DNA of 53,098 nt, filler included, from Squatina squatina (GCA_031763465.1; 3 parts of 3 records of this genome joined end to end with filler, not necessarily neighbours in it), one strand, 5' to 3'; positions 38,038 to 51,321 are shown, counted from the whole stretch's first letter. Numbers and translations are program-made. Notes: generated by a model from the letters alone, not told the origin.

Positions 38038-40629
38038 GTAGGCTACATTCTGTAATATTCAACCAAGCAACNNNNNNNNNNTCTTCACAATTAAACGCGC
38101 ATTTTAACCGATGGGTAGGATTTTCTTAATCTTTTGAAATTAGAGGTCAGCAGCATCACATAAGATGACTTAGTGACCAGAAACTGAAATGTGTTAAGCT
38201 TACTTAGTGTTTTATTTTGCTGCCAAAATGCTACTACAATCCTTGAAAGATTAATGTAAACATGCACATTGATTTGCTGTAAAGAGGAAGGTGAAGCCTA
38301 GGCGTATGTTGCATGCAAAAGACTAACAAGTATTGCTTGCATCAACAAAAAATCTACTTAAAATTGTAATTTATGGTTATTGTGCTGGTAGTGAAAAGCT
38401 GCAAGTCAAAAAGAAGTTACTTATGCTGACTACATTCTTGTACCTTCAGTGTTATTCACAGAGGAAAATACTGCTTGTAAGAAAACAAAGAAGGCTGGGT
38501 ATAGATTCATTTTCTTGGCCTATAACCAGAAGTAAGGATATTTAAATGGTTGAAAGCCAGGCCGCCGATTTCAACACGCACCTTATTTCCTTAAGCCCTC
38601 TTGTGGCTCACAATTTCATAATGTTTCAGTTGAAAGTGACACTGAAGCTTTAGAAGCATCAAAGTACTTCAGGACATTATCTGGACATTGGGTGAGGAAA
38701 GAATGAAGNNNNNNNNNNNNNNNNNNNNNNNNNNNNNNNNNNNNNNNNNNNNNNNNNNNNNNNNNNNNNNNNNNNNNNNNNNNNNNNNNNNNNNNNNNNN
38801 NNNNNNNNCATGATCGTGTTGAATGGCGGTGCAGGCTTGAAGGGCTGAATGGCCTTCTCCTGCACCTATTTTCTATGTTTCTATGTTTCTAATGCAGACC
38901 CGTTAGCTGAAGGCAGGAAAAGCTGTTCTGCAGTGATTGGTGCAGCAGTTAAGAGTAATCATCAAGCACTGTTCTCATCTGACTACGTGTGCCCTCAGTT
39001 GGATGTTGCATTAATACAGAGCCCTTCAGTTATGTTAATATCTTAGCTTTTAATGTGAAGGGAATTGAAAAGAGTACCCATTATGTTAAGAATCCTCAGG
39101 CATGAACTTCGCTCCTCTTTGCTGCAAAATAAGCAAAGGATCCTAACCAGTGTGGGTGCAAATATGTCTTTGAAGCAATCTTAGACTTTATAATAATACA
39201 AGAAAACAATGAAGGACTTAAGCAATTCAGCTGGAAGTACAAGTAGAAGTATGGAGTCTGTAACCCAGCTTCTGAGCTCATTTGCTGTGCCTCATCAAAA
39301 TTGGGTAAGTTTCTTGTACCATGGTTTATACTTCCGCAGTGGGCATGTCTTTAGATCACATAAAATATATAAATGTGCGAGTAGCTTTCATTTCTTATGC
39401 AAGGTTTTACAGCAATGTTAGTTAATCAGAGTGTTACCTAGTTTAACTCCGGTAATCAAATAGTTCTGCAATAATTATGTGTCCTTTAGAATTGCATAAT
39501 ATTGTCTGTTTGTAGAAGCGAATAATTCAACCTTAATCAACTGATTTTGTTCCTCTTCAATTTATGAGCTATCTTCCCATTTTTGAAATTTCTGTTGACC
39601 CTACCTCGTGCAGTATGCATATCTTAAAGAGTATAGATAATACATTAACCATTTACCAAATTTGTATAAAATGTTGTTCTTCCAGCAGGCTAAAATTCAT
39701 AATGAGTCTGTGAATGAAACAGATATGTTTTTCATATAGCTAAAAATGTTACTTGTCATCAAAAAAACTAGTTTTGCCAATGTATGGAATTGCATTAAAA
39801 GTAATAATTCATGCTGTGATTTATCCATAATGATTTGTTGAATAGCCACACTAATGAGAGAGTTAATGACAGATTAGTACTTGCCCAACAGAGCCCACTT
39901 AATAAAATCTGATTAATAGCAGACTCTCTATATGATTGTGGAAAGTAACATCATCAAATTATTTCTTCCTCATCAATATATGATGTTCTAAATTCTATTT
40001 ATGATGCTTGTTCTTGGTTGATCCTAAACTAGTTCCATATCCATTGAACTGAAACTCCATTGTTTTGATATTTAAATAGTTTCGATCTTAGCCTAGGTGG
40101 AAACTGCTGTAAATAATGTAATAAATTGCTCTTTGATTTTGCAGTAGAACCAATTTATAGTGAAATAATTTGTGTCTTCATTTTACTTACTGTGTGATTC
40201 AATGTAATTCATAGTGGTTTCAAAAAAAATGTTACTTGAGTGAACATGTAACAATTTGTAGGTGCGTCACACAAGGATAACTCCTGCTTTTAGATACTGA
40301 TCTTTCACTGATTCATACATCTTTACAGTTTGAATAAGTTTGTGTGTGCGATGAAAATGATTCTTCTGATACAGAGAAATTACAATCACAAAAAAAATCC
40401 AANNNNNNNNNNNNNNNNNNNNNNNNNNNNNNNNNNNNNNNNNNNNNNNNNNNNNNNNNNNNNNNNNNNNNNNNNNNNNNNNNNNNNNNNNNNNNNNNNN
40501 NNTCATGTACTTATCTAGCTTCCCCTTCAATTCATCAGTGCAAATTGTCTCCACCACTCCATGTGGCAGTGAGTTCCACATTCTCAACACTGGGTAAAGA
40601 AGTTTCTCCTGAATTCCTTAATGTAATGT

Positions 40630-40955
40630 AGGAAACATGGACAGCAAGGTCCAACAACCCACAATGAGATAATGACCAGATAATCTGTTTGTGATGTTGA
40701 ATGAGAGATAAATATTGTCCTGGACATCGGGGAGAACGCCACTATTCTAATTTGAATAGTGTTGTGGGATCTTTCATATCTACCTGAGAGGGTAAACTGG
40801 GCCTCGGTTTAACATCTCATCTGCACTGCCCAACAGTGGAGCACTCCCTAGTAATACAGTAAAGTGTCAGCCTAGATATGCGCTCAGGTCTCTGGAGTGG
40901 GACTTGAGTTCACAACCTTCTCACTCAGATGCAAGAATGCTGCCACTGAGCCAAC
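40630..40955 (-). mobile_element. tRNA-derived SINE (SacSINE1-like)
   Basis: Similar to 33540-33747 and to the reverse complement of 27970-28375. Confidence 0.75.
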
Positions 40956-41369
40956 ACTAACAGCTTGAGGTGATGAGATAGCAAAGTGGGGAACTTTCAT
41001 AAATGAGGGAGGGAGAGGGTGGCATCACTAACTGACCCATGACACCCCACCACCCAGACCCGCCTTCTACACAGTGCATGGACATCATCTTCAACCTAAA
41101 TGCCAACTCTGACAATATCCACTGATAGAAATGTAAAAAAAATGGTGTTTAGTTTAGATTTCTAACACAAGCTTTTTTGTATGATTGTACTTGAAATAAA
41201 TTGTATGATTTGTTCTATGCAGTGGTTAAATATTTTGTGGCATCTCTTTTTTTTAAGACAAAGTAGCACATCCTTCTGGAGATTGTAAGTTTGTTCTGTC
41301 TCAAAAGATGTTATTTTTGTTAGGGTCAGTATGTTGCATCACTTGTGTGTTTCTTTTCCCCCTCCACAG

Positions 41370-41613
41370 CTATCTGGTGGGTGCGAGTTAACAGTCGTCA
41401 TCCATGATTTCTCGGCAACCAACAGCAATGAGCTGAGCATTCGCCGGGGTCAGACGGTGGAGGTTTTAGAGAGACCTCATGATAAGCCAGATTGGTGCCT
41501 GGTGCGGACAACTGATCGATCCCCTGCTGCAGAAGGAGTGGTTCCCAGCAGTGTTCTATGTATTGCACATTCGCGTAGCAGTATGGAAATGGAAGGCATT
41601 TTCAACCACAAAG
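41370..41613 (+). CDS. TRIO: TRIO exon, first SH3 domain (244 bp)
   Basis: cAG|LSGGCELTVVIHDFSATNSNELSIRRGQTVEVLERPHDKPDWCLVRTTDRSPAAEGVVPSSVLCIAHSRSSMEMEGIFNHK-G|GTAGGA. Confidence 0.95.
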
Positions 41614-42692
41614 GTAGGATTCATTAATTATGATTCCTATTTATATTTTGTTCATCTTTGCTGATGGAAAGATAGGAAAAACATAATGCAGAATCTGGTT
41701 CACCCAAGTGAGGTATTTAGAAGTCAGCAAGCCATACGAGATATTTCTGTTTCATTTTGATTTATTTGGATTTACAGTGGAACCCCAATTATCCAGACAT
41801 CTTATCCTCATTTTGGGAGCTGAGTGGTTCTCGGGTCAGGGCTACGCCCATTCTGCTCCTGCCAGCAAAGCTAGCTGGCTCCAGAATAATGAATTGATTT
41901 GCTGGCTCAGAACTCTTCCACTGGCACCCACCTGCAACTCCAGCCACTGGATTTCTCTCAGACCCAAAAGAGACAGCCAAAACTGCTCCTTTTATGCCAC
42001 TCGCAGCCTCCCAACTACAGAGATAAGTGGTAAAAGCAGCGTTGAGTCCATTCCCGTTTCACTGATGTTAGTGTAGACTATTGACATCTTCTTTGGAGGT
42101 AAGCACATTGCCTCTGAACCTGTGTGTGCCTGATTTTGGCTTTGGGGATGCACAGGTCCAATGGCTGAAGTCACAAGTATATGCATGGGAGAAAGTTGAG
42201 CTGGTAGTTTAATTTTTTCCGTGCCAATTGTGATCATGCCAGCAGAAGCAGAGTAACACAACTGAACACTCCTAGAGAAGACTGAAGCAAGTGGGTGAGG
42301 ATAAGCAACACATTTAAACTTCATCTGTAATCAGCACTATAATTTGGGAACTCTCAGTTGTCATTACTAATTTCTATTATCTACTAGAAGGGCCCCGCAA
42401 TATGGTAAATGCCTTATTTTGTTCTGTCATAATATTGATGCTGAATGTGTACAAACTGTTTCTGGAAATGCAAATCTAACAACTCCCATGCAATATCACA
42501 GTCTCATTCCTATCTGAGGATTGTGATTTGATTATAATGGAGGATTCTAATTCCCATATTGCAGAGTTGCAAAGAAAACATATTTTGGCCTGCTTTAAAA
42601 TTGTACAAGCATGTGGAAATTACAGCAGCTTATGTGGGGTGGAGCCGAAGAGGGGTGGGTGGCGGTGGAGGTGGGTGTCTATGCACATCACA

Positions 42693-43040
42693 GCATTTAT
42701 TGCCCATCCCTAATTACCCTCGACAAGCTGGTGGTGAGCTGCTGCCTTGGACCACTGCAGTCCTTGTAGTCAAGGTACTCCGATAGTGCTGTTCGGGTGG
42801 GAGTTCCAGGATTTTGTCCCAGCAACAATGAAGGAACGGTGATATATTTCCAAGTCAGGATGGTGGGGAACTTGGAGCTTATGGTGTTCCCATGCACCTG
42901 CTGCCCTTGTCCTTCTAGGTGGGAGAGGTCTCAGATTTTGGAGGTGCTATCGAAGAAGCCTTGGTGATTTGCTACAGTGTATCTTGGAGATGGTACACAC
43001 TGTTGCCACAGTGCATCGGCGGTGGAGGGAGTGAATGTTT
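42693..43040 (-). mobile_element. LINE 3' end, same family as 16597-16992, abutting a CR1/HE1 tail
   Basis: NIHSLHRRCTVATVCTISKIHCSKSPRLLR; then catagaaacatagaaaataggtgcaggagtaggcc from 43042. Confidence 0.8.
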
Positions 43041-45084
43041 AACATAGAAACATAGAAAATAGGTGCAGGAGTAGGCCATTCGGCCCTTCGANNNNNNNNN
43101 NNNNNNNNNNNNNNNNNNNNNNNNNNNNNNNNNNNNNNNNNNNNNNNNNNNNNNNNNNNNNNNNNNNNNNNNNNNNNNNNNNNNNNNNNNNGAGTCATTC
43201 TAGAAGCCATCCTGATCAGGATCAATAGTGTGCTGTTTTCCTCAATATTACAAGAAATTACATTTTTTTTGAAGAGAAAAATGTTTTCAGTTTCTGTTTT
43301 TCACCAAACAATATATAACTGCAAGTAGTTGTTTATCAAGTTGATTCAAAATGCCAACACCCCTCAAAGTGCAGCTTGAACAGAATGTAATGAGGAAATC
43401 AGAGTCAATAGAGTAGTAAACTTCATCAGACTTAGTGTATATAAACAAATCCTGCACATATTTCTTGGTTTAGTGGCTTTTCAGACTGAATACAACCAGA
43501 TTATGGAAGTTTGGGACTGGAACTAAAGTAATTACGGTAGTCTGTGAATCATGCATACATAACTACCCCAGATGAGAGGCTTAGCCTCCAGATTTGTGTC
43601 TGAGTCACTCTGTGGATAGTATCCCTCAGGAGAGAATTGCTGCTTTATGAAGTCATGATAATGGATCAAGAATGTTAAACAATGAAAGCATTTCTATGAA
43701 GAGCTTGAAGAAGTAGTGTAGAATAAAGAGGAGTGCAATCTCCTAGATATTTAATTTAGATGCTCTCAGCTGCTGAGCCCTAACCATGCCAAAAGGCAGA
43801 AAAGAGATCCATACACTGCAGTCTGTTTGTTCTGTGAACTCTTCTTGTAGTCCCAGACCCTCCAGCAACTGCAAGTTCTGGATTCTTGATTTAGGTAAGA
43901 GTCATTGGCAAATTTTGCCACAAGTTTTTACCCATTTTGTGTCTTTTAAAATATTCTTAAGAACACTATGGTAGGATCTATTTTGAACTTTTTAAAAAGA
44001 CAGGTTAAAATTAATTTTAGTTTATTCAAGGAATATTTATGATGAATTAGGTTTTCTTTGTTCTTTTGACACTTCAGTAACAGTATTTACTAGTAGTATT
44101 TTTATTTAATTGGCTGTATCCATTGCTGAAACAGAACTTCATATTTATAGTGCTGGAGAAATTCATTACACAAAGTAATAAAGAAAGAGATGATATCAAG
44201 TACACAAAGTAATTTATGCATTGTATAATTCGGCAATGGAGTATTTAATGTATCCTGCAGCTCCATACCCTTACTATTTAAGATTTTGGCCTTTGTACAT
44301 TGAATTATGTTCCATCTTTATGTTTCTGTAGCTATATAATAAAACTAGCTGTATTTTGTGTATGAGATATGAAATAGAAAAAAATCAATTGTAATGGGTC
44401 CAATTCATTCACATATTTAACTGTTCTATTTGAGTGATGACTTTAGGAAGTCAGAGATCTGGTTTATATAAGTCACTCCCCTGTCTTAGAGTTAGCATTT
44501 TGGTAAAGCTCCTTGAAGTTGTATCAATTTGTAAATCACTCCCTTATTTTTAAACAACATTAATAACTCTGACAGTGCAAGTTACTTACCAGATTGCATG
44601 TTGATAAACATATAAGTGGTAAAAATGGCATTTATCTATTAGGATTATCTTTTTTTCAGTAGATTACAAGATGGCATAACTATTTATTAGTACATTTTTT
44701 TCTTAAATTGCAGTTCCATTCAAGTGACTCACTAGATAACTATTACATAGTATGCCACTGAGCCACACAAATTAGAAAAGTTGTGGGTTTGAATCCCAGA
44801 TTGTGCTGCAAAAATAGTGCTGCCATAATTGGCTTTAGCACATTATGGGCCAGGGAGAAGAAAATATTAGGCAGGGATCCCACTTCTGATTAATATTCGG
44901 TGACCCCCTTTTGGAAATCCACCTATGAGTATGCTGGATGACAGCAGAACTGAGTTTAATTGTGATAAATGCACATTTGAGGAGGGCATGAGCAATGAAG
45001 TGCCCAGATTTAATTACAAAGAAATGCACTAAAGCAAAAGCAAAGTATTGCAGATGCACAAAACAAAAATAAATCTGAAATAAA

Positions 45085-45185
45085 AATAAAAACAGTAAAT
45101 ACTGAGAAACACTCAGCAGGTCAGGCAGCATCTGGGGAGAGAGAAACAAAGTTAATGTTACAAGTTAATGACCTTTCATCAGAAC
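45085..45185 (-). repeat. Penelope-like terminal repeat with decayed hammerhead core
   Basis: Minus strand: gtt CTGATGA A AGGT catta ACTT GTAA cat t aact; GAAA is mutated. Confidence 0.6.
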
Positions 45186-45716
45186 GAGAAAATCGACTCT
45201 TGTGCAAGTCACTAGTGCGTGTCCACTGCCACGCATCTACCTGTACTCTTGCATAAGTTGCTCCCTTGTTGGCTGNNNNNNNNNNNNNNNNNNNNNNNNN
45301 NNNNNNNNNNNNNNNNNNNNNNNNNNNNNNNNNNNNNNNNNNNNNNNNNNNNNNNNNNNNNNNNNNNNNNNNNNNCCCAAATCTAGTCTATCAAAGAGAA
45401 GTGCTGAGTGCAGACTTGTTGCTTCCTGCAGGAAAGGGGAAATTGTGACATGAGTCAGTCAAATGGCTTGTGGGAGATGACTGTGACATAAGCTGTGGCT
45501 GCCAACACATTTAAAAAACAAGTGAAGCAGAGGGAACCTAAAGTAGGATTGTACAACATTTAAATAGTTTGCATTTGTGAATATTGTGTACTTACTATTT
45601 TTTTGCAGTTCACTGACAAATTATTCTGTTTGAAGAAAATGGCTTTCCAAAGTAAATGTAATACTTTGTCACTTATGAATTCAATGTTATCTTTATTGAG
45701 TGCTTTTCTTCTACAG

Positions 45717-46012
45717 ACTCGCTTTCAGTGTCCAGCAATGATGCAAGTCCTCCTGCTTCAGTGACCTCACTTCAACCCCACTCTGTGAGTACAACGCAAA
45801 GCTCACCAGGCCCAAAGCGCCCTGGTAACACTCTACGGAAGTGGCTCACCAGCCCTGTAAGGCGTCTGAGCAGTGGAAAAGCAGATGGCCATGTGAAGAA
45901 ACTGGCTCACAAACATAAAAAGAGCAGGGATGTCCGAAAAAGTGCCGATACTGGGACTCAGAAAGACTCTGATGAGAGTGCTGCTACACCCCAGGAAGAA
46001 ACTGTGGATGAG
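45717..46012 (+). CDS. TRIO: TRIO exon (296 bp), linker after SH3
   Basis: ctacAG|(D)[71 protein letters not shown]|GTGAGT. Confidence 0.95.
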
Positions 46013-46499
46013 GTGAGTAACAGAGAACTTAAAAATCTGGTTGAAACTTTGCTCAATTTAAGCAGGTTAAATGCAGACATGATTTAAAAACCCAGAAGGC
46101 CAAAAAGGCATTGGACTCTTCTTTCTAAAACCAATAAAACATTTTACATTCAGGTTTCACCTGGTCAGAATTTAAACAGAAACATTATAAAGTTAATTAC
46201 ATAATGTTACATTATCTAAATTTATCATATTCCTCAGAGTTTATTTTGATAATTGATAAAATATATGAAAGACGACATGGGATGTCAAACTTCCAGGTGA
46301 TTTTGTGATATTACTTTTGTGCACTGATAACAATCACCTCTGATGCATTAACAGAGACATCCCACTCTGTTGAATAACTTCCACAATAGTAGAAAATTAC
46401 ATTGAAGAAAAGCAGATTTTTTAAAAATTGAGAAACCAAAATGAAGGGCCATAGTTCAGGACATGACCAATGTTGAAAGGATTCAATTCGGTAAATTGC

Positions 46500-47250
46500 A
46501 AAGCAGTATTTAGGTGATGCCAAGCTTGAATTTAAAAATCATAATGATTGTAGAAGGTAGGAAAGACTGGTGGAGTAAGAAGTTCAACAGTTTTCGAATC
46601 CTAGGAAAGAATGAATTAAAATAGGAGACTATATGATGAGCCACAATTTCAATATTATGGCATGCCAGGAAGAGAAGAGTGCATAGGATGCCATCTTTGC
46701 AGCTTTGAAGGAACAAAACATGAAAGCTTAGAGGATAAAATACGGAAAGACAGGTATTACCTATCATACAACAAACTTTTTCTTGTATCCTACCGAGGAG
46801 TGCAAGTAAGATGCTAAAAGAGCCTTTCAGATATAGGAGCAGTATTCATGTGTTGGGCAGACTTACATTTCATAGTTAAGAGTTAATGAGGACAAAAGAA
46901 ATGTCTATCTTCCTGGAGGCGTAAGACACGTCAGGTAGGAGATGACAGGAAGCTAAGGACACTGATGGGTGTGGAAAGAACATGGATGCAGCCACAGATT
47001 GTACTTGAGATATTAATAAACTTCCCGTAGAATTGGAAAAAGATTTCATTGCTCCACTGATGGCCACGGATGAGATCAACACTTGATTCAGCAAATGCAC
47101 TGCAAGAGAGGTTGTGCACCCTGAGAATGCACAACGTGAAGGAATTTCATGGATGTCGAGTGAAATCAACAGCAAGTGTGGAGAGTGTTGGGTGATGAGT
47201 GAAAGAGGTCATCGGCATGAAGATAAAGTGAAGTGCAAAGTTCTGGAAAA
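46500..47250 (-). mobile_element. Old, highly decayed LINE (RT core to C-terminus)
   Basis: Minus strand has LYLHADD (YADD-like) near 47207-47228 and FFPRIRKLLNFL (FFPRT..LWN.L-like) near 46580-46615. Confidence 0.5.
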
Positions 47251-48634
47251 CCCATGAGTTGGTGAAAGCATAGTCAGAGTGCAAGCTACAGCACACAGTA
47301 ATTTAAGATAGCATATGAAAACAACATATGATTTTAACTAAGGGCATTAAATAAATTCTGAAAAAAGTTAGCTCTTACCAGAGATTAATTAAATACTATT
47401 CGACTCAACAAATGCACGAGTTCCATTTTATTCAGTATAGAAATACAGATTAAATAATGAACATACAGGAGGAGCAACTCAAGCTTCATGCAGATTTAAA
47501 AACTCAAAAATGCTATGCAAAAAAAGTTTCGTAAGCTGAAAAACACAGACATTGACCAGTTATTGAGCTTTTCCATATTTTTTTAAAATCATAAGAACAT
47601 AAGACATAAGACATAGGGGCAGGAATAGGCCATACACTCCTCGAGCCTGCTTCGCCATTCAATAAGATCAAGGCAAATCATCAACCTCAATTCCACTTAC
47701 CCATCTGATCTCCATATCCTTTTATTCCCCTGGAGTCCAAAATCAGACACCAAAAATATAAAAATCCTCTTATTTTGAATTTAAAGCTTAAAGGAACTAC
47801 CTTAGGTTACAAAGCAGGATTCCCTAACATTCANNNNNNNNNNNNNNNNNNNNNNNNNNNNNNNNNNNNNNNNNNNNNNNNNNNNNNNNNNNNNNNNNNN
47901 NNNNNNNNNNNNNNNNNNNNNNNNNNNNNNNNNTTTTTTTATTAAGCTGTAAAAAAGAATGCCTGAAGTATTGTAAATTACAGCAGCTGATAAAGGAATG
48001 ACTTTTTTTTTCAATTATTTTTTGCTCATTTATCTCTTTTGTTCTTTTTTTAGAAATATAAATCTTTTTTTTCCTAAAAAAAGAATTAATGTTGGAAGTT
48101 GTTTGTTGTGCTGAATGAACCTCCTGTGTCGCAAATACCTTTCCTTTTCTATTAAAAGTCATACGTGGAAATCCAGTCTGTTGTGCACTTAATGGTACAT
48201 GAAGCACATAAAAGCCATGTACTTATACTTTACTCTGATTGACTAAGTGTCCCTACCCAGAAATCCTTACTTTTGGTTCCCCAATATTCTACCAGCTATA
48301 TGCAATTCCATACAACTAGACATAAGTTGACGTCAGATTGCTTTTGAGGCCAGAGTTCTCCTAAATTCCTGCAGTCCTGGTCTGGGAACAAATCCATACA
48401 TCCGAATGTACTTTGAGGATGCCTCAGAAATGGTGAGCCTTGTCCCCTTTTTAAACAAAAAAGTAAAACTCAACAATTGTTTAATAAAAAAAATATCTGG
48501 ATACCCTTCATAAACTATTAAATACAGTATTTTTGTAATTTTCTGTTTATTTTTTCTTTAGCTACTATCAGAGCAGGAGTTCCCACAAGTCACATTATTC
48601 TGTCAGGGAGCATTCTCTGTATCTTCTTTCTCAG

Positions 48635-48730
48635 ACGTCCTCTCGTTTATCAGTGCGCCCCACAAGCTCAGAGACGCCCAGTGCAGCAGAGCTTGTTAGT
48701 GCTATTGAAGAACTTGTGAAAAGTAAAATG
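48635..48730 (+). CDS. TRIO: TRIO exon (96 bp)
   Basis: tctcAG|[32 protein letters not shown]|GTAAGA. Confidence 0.94.
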
Positions 48731-49245
48731 GTAAGAGATATTAGTTCAAAGCACTACCCACAGATGAGATTCAAGCAGACTCTCCCAAATATTCTTTACC
48801 TCAATATTGCCTTTGAATGTTTAGTCCTGCAGTGTATATGCCATTTCTTGATGTAAGTGGATCCTAAAACATTTAGAACTAGCGATATGTGGTCTAAACC
48901 TTGCTCTTTTACATTTATAGTTTAGGGTTTTTGGTGCTCCTCACAGTGAAGATGTCCATGCTGGGAAATGGAACACTTTCCAATGATTAGCACCCACACT
49001 AGCATTAAACCTAGTCTGATTCAGCATGACTAGATGCAAGTAAATCGCCCACTATTCTTTCCCAATACCATGCCTTAATTCCAACCTCAGAAGAGTACCT
49101 TCTAATGTNNNNNNNNNNNNNNNNNNNNNNNNNNNNNNNNNNNNNNNNNNNNNNNNNNNNNNNNNNNNNNNNNNNNNNNNNNNNNNNNNNNNNNNNNNNN
49201 NNNNNNNNNNNNNNNNNNNNNNNNNNNNNNNNNNNNNNNNNNNNN

Positions 49246-49445
49246 CATCCTGACTTGGAAATATATCGCCATTCCTTCATTGTTGCTGGGTCAAAATCCT
49301 ATAACTCCCTCCCTAACAGCACGGTGGGAGTACCTTCACCACAAAGACTACAGCAGTTTAAGAAGGCCCAACACCATCTTCTCGAGGGTACTTGGAGTTG
49401 GGCAATGTATGCCGGCTTTGATAGCAGTGCCCACATCCCAGAGAA
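49246..49445 (+). mobile_element. LINE 3' end, same family as 16597-16992
   Basis: HPDLEIYRHSFIVAGSKSYNSLPNSTVGVPSP. Confidence 0.8.
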
Positions 49446-49609
49446 TTATATTTTAAAATGTAATGTGGTAAATATGGTGACAGTCATCTAACAGATGTTT
49501 GGACTTACACTATTTTAATTATTTTTCTAGCATTATTTTCTCTTATGTTACAGCTATTAAAAATATTCAATGCTTTTTTCCCCCTCTACTCCCCCATAAA
49601 AACATGCAG

Positions 49610-49764
49610 GCACTGGAGGATCGTCCAACGTCCCTCTCTGTTGATCAGGCAGACAGCAGCAGTCCATCTTTCAACCCATCTGATAACTCTCTGCTGTGTA
49701 CATCCTCCTCCTCTCCCATTGATGAAATGGAAGAAAGGAAATCTAGTTCGTTAAAGAGGCGCCA
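49610..49764 (+). CDS. TRIO: TRIO exon (155 bp)
   Basis: gcAG|[51 protein letters not shown]-ca|GTAAGT. Confidence 0.94.
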
Positions 49765-51254
49765 GTAAGTCATCTATGAATTAACAAAAATCATTGGTAC
49801 TCCATTAAAACACATTGCCTTGCATTTCCTTCTACCTATGGCATATTGCTCTCAATACACTGAGGCCTGGTGACAACGCAACAAAGTGAAGTGAAGTGTA
49901 ATTTTTCAAGTATTCTGAAGCAATCTCCATACACTTAATGCCAAATTTCAAACAGAACCTGAAATGTAATGAGAAAATTTCTCCACAAAAAAAGGATGGA
50001 ACACTTGTCTTGNNNNNNNNNNNNNNNNNNNNNNNNNNNNNNNNNNNNNNNNNNNNNNNNNNNNNNNNNNNNNNNNNNNNNNNNNNNNNNNNNNNNNNNN
50101 NNNNNNNNNNNNNNNNNNNNNNNNNNNNNNNNNNNNNNNNNNNNNNNNNNNNNNNNNNNNNNNNNNNNNNNNNNNNNNNNNNNNNNNNNNNNNNNNNNNN
50201 NNNNNNNNNNNNNNNNNNNNNNNNNNNNNNNNNNNNNNNNNNNNNNNNNNNNNNNNNNNNNNNNNNNNNNNNNNNNNNNNNNNNNNNNNNNNNNNNNNNN
50301 NNNNNNNNNNNNNNNNNNNNNNNNNNNNNNNNNNNNNNNNNNNNNNNNNNNNNNNNNNNNNNNNNNNNNNNNNNNNNNNNNNNNNNNNNNNNNNNNNNNN
50401 NNNNNNNNNNNNNNNNNNNNNNNNNNNNNNNNNNNNNNNNNNNNNNNNNNNNNNNNNNNNNNNNNNNNNNNNNNNNNNNNNNNNNNNNNNNNNNNNNNNN
50501 NNNNNNNNNNNNNNNNNNNNNNNNNNNNNNNNNNNNNNNNNNNNNNNNNNNNNNNNNNNNNNNNNNNNNNNNNNNNNNNNNNNNNNNNNNNNNNNNNNNN
50601 NNNNNNNNNNNNNNNNNNNNNNNNNNNNNNNNNNNNNNNNNNNNNNNNNNNNNNNNNNNNNNNNNNNNNNNNNNNNNNNNNNNNNNNNNNNNNNNNNNNN
50701 NNNNNNNNNNNNNNNNNNNNNNNNNNNNNNNNNNNNNNNNNNNNNNNNNNNNNNNNNNNNNNNNNNNNNNNNNNNNNNNNNNNNNNNNNNNNNNNNNNNN
50801 NNNNNNNNNNNNNNNNNNNNNNNNNNNNNNNNNNNNNNNNNNNNNNNNNNNNNNNNNNNNNNNNNNNNNNNNNNNNNNNNNNNNNNNNNNNNNNNNNNNN
50901 NNNNNNNNNNNNNNNNNNNNNNNNNNNNNNNNNAATGTGGGCTACACTTGGAATTATTGCAGTGAGCATTTATGTTGAATAGAATTATTCCTTAATTTGT
51001 TTTTACTTTATGCTAGTTTTATAGCCTCCATTTAATGTTATTATGTGGGATTAAAGGTATTTAAATACCATCCACATGTTATAACTTCATAAAATAGAAT
51101 CTCATTAAACTAAATTTAGATGCTTCTGGCTATCACATGATCTATTTATAGGAGATAGCTTGATATATTTGTGAGATAGCAGCTTTATATTTTTCTTAAC
51201 AAATAGCTTATTTTTATGATCACATCATCTTGTAATCTTGGTCTTTTCTTCTAG

Positions 51255-51321
51255 CTATGTCTTACAAGAGTTGGTGGAAACTGAGCGCGATTATGTACGG
51301 GACCTGGGATGTGTGGTAGAG
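51255..51321 (+). CDS. TRIO: TRIO exon, start of DH2 (67 bp)
   Basis: ttctAG|c YVLQELVETERDYVRDLGCVVE|GTGAGT; phase matches the previous exon (CA+C = His). Confidence 0.94.

Noticed and set aside
38450-38545. Kalirin-7-like terminal exon (CYSQRKILL...RSKDI-stop)
   Set aside because: No similarity to the Kalirin-7 tail and only a weak acceptor; consistent with chance.
48562-48634. Alternative upstream acceptor for the 48635 TRIO exon
   Set aside because: A 73-nt extension would shift the frame, and there is no other support.
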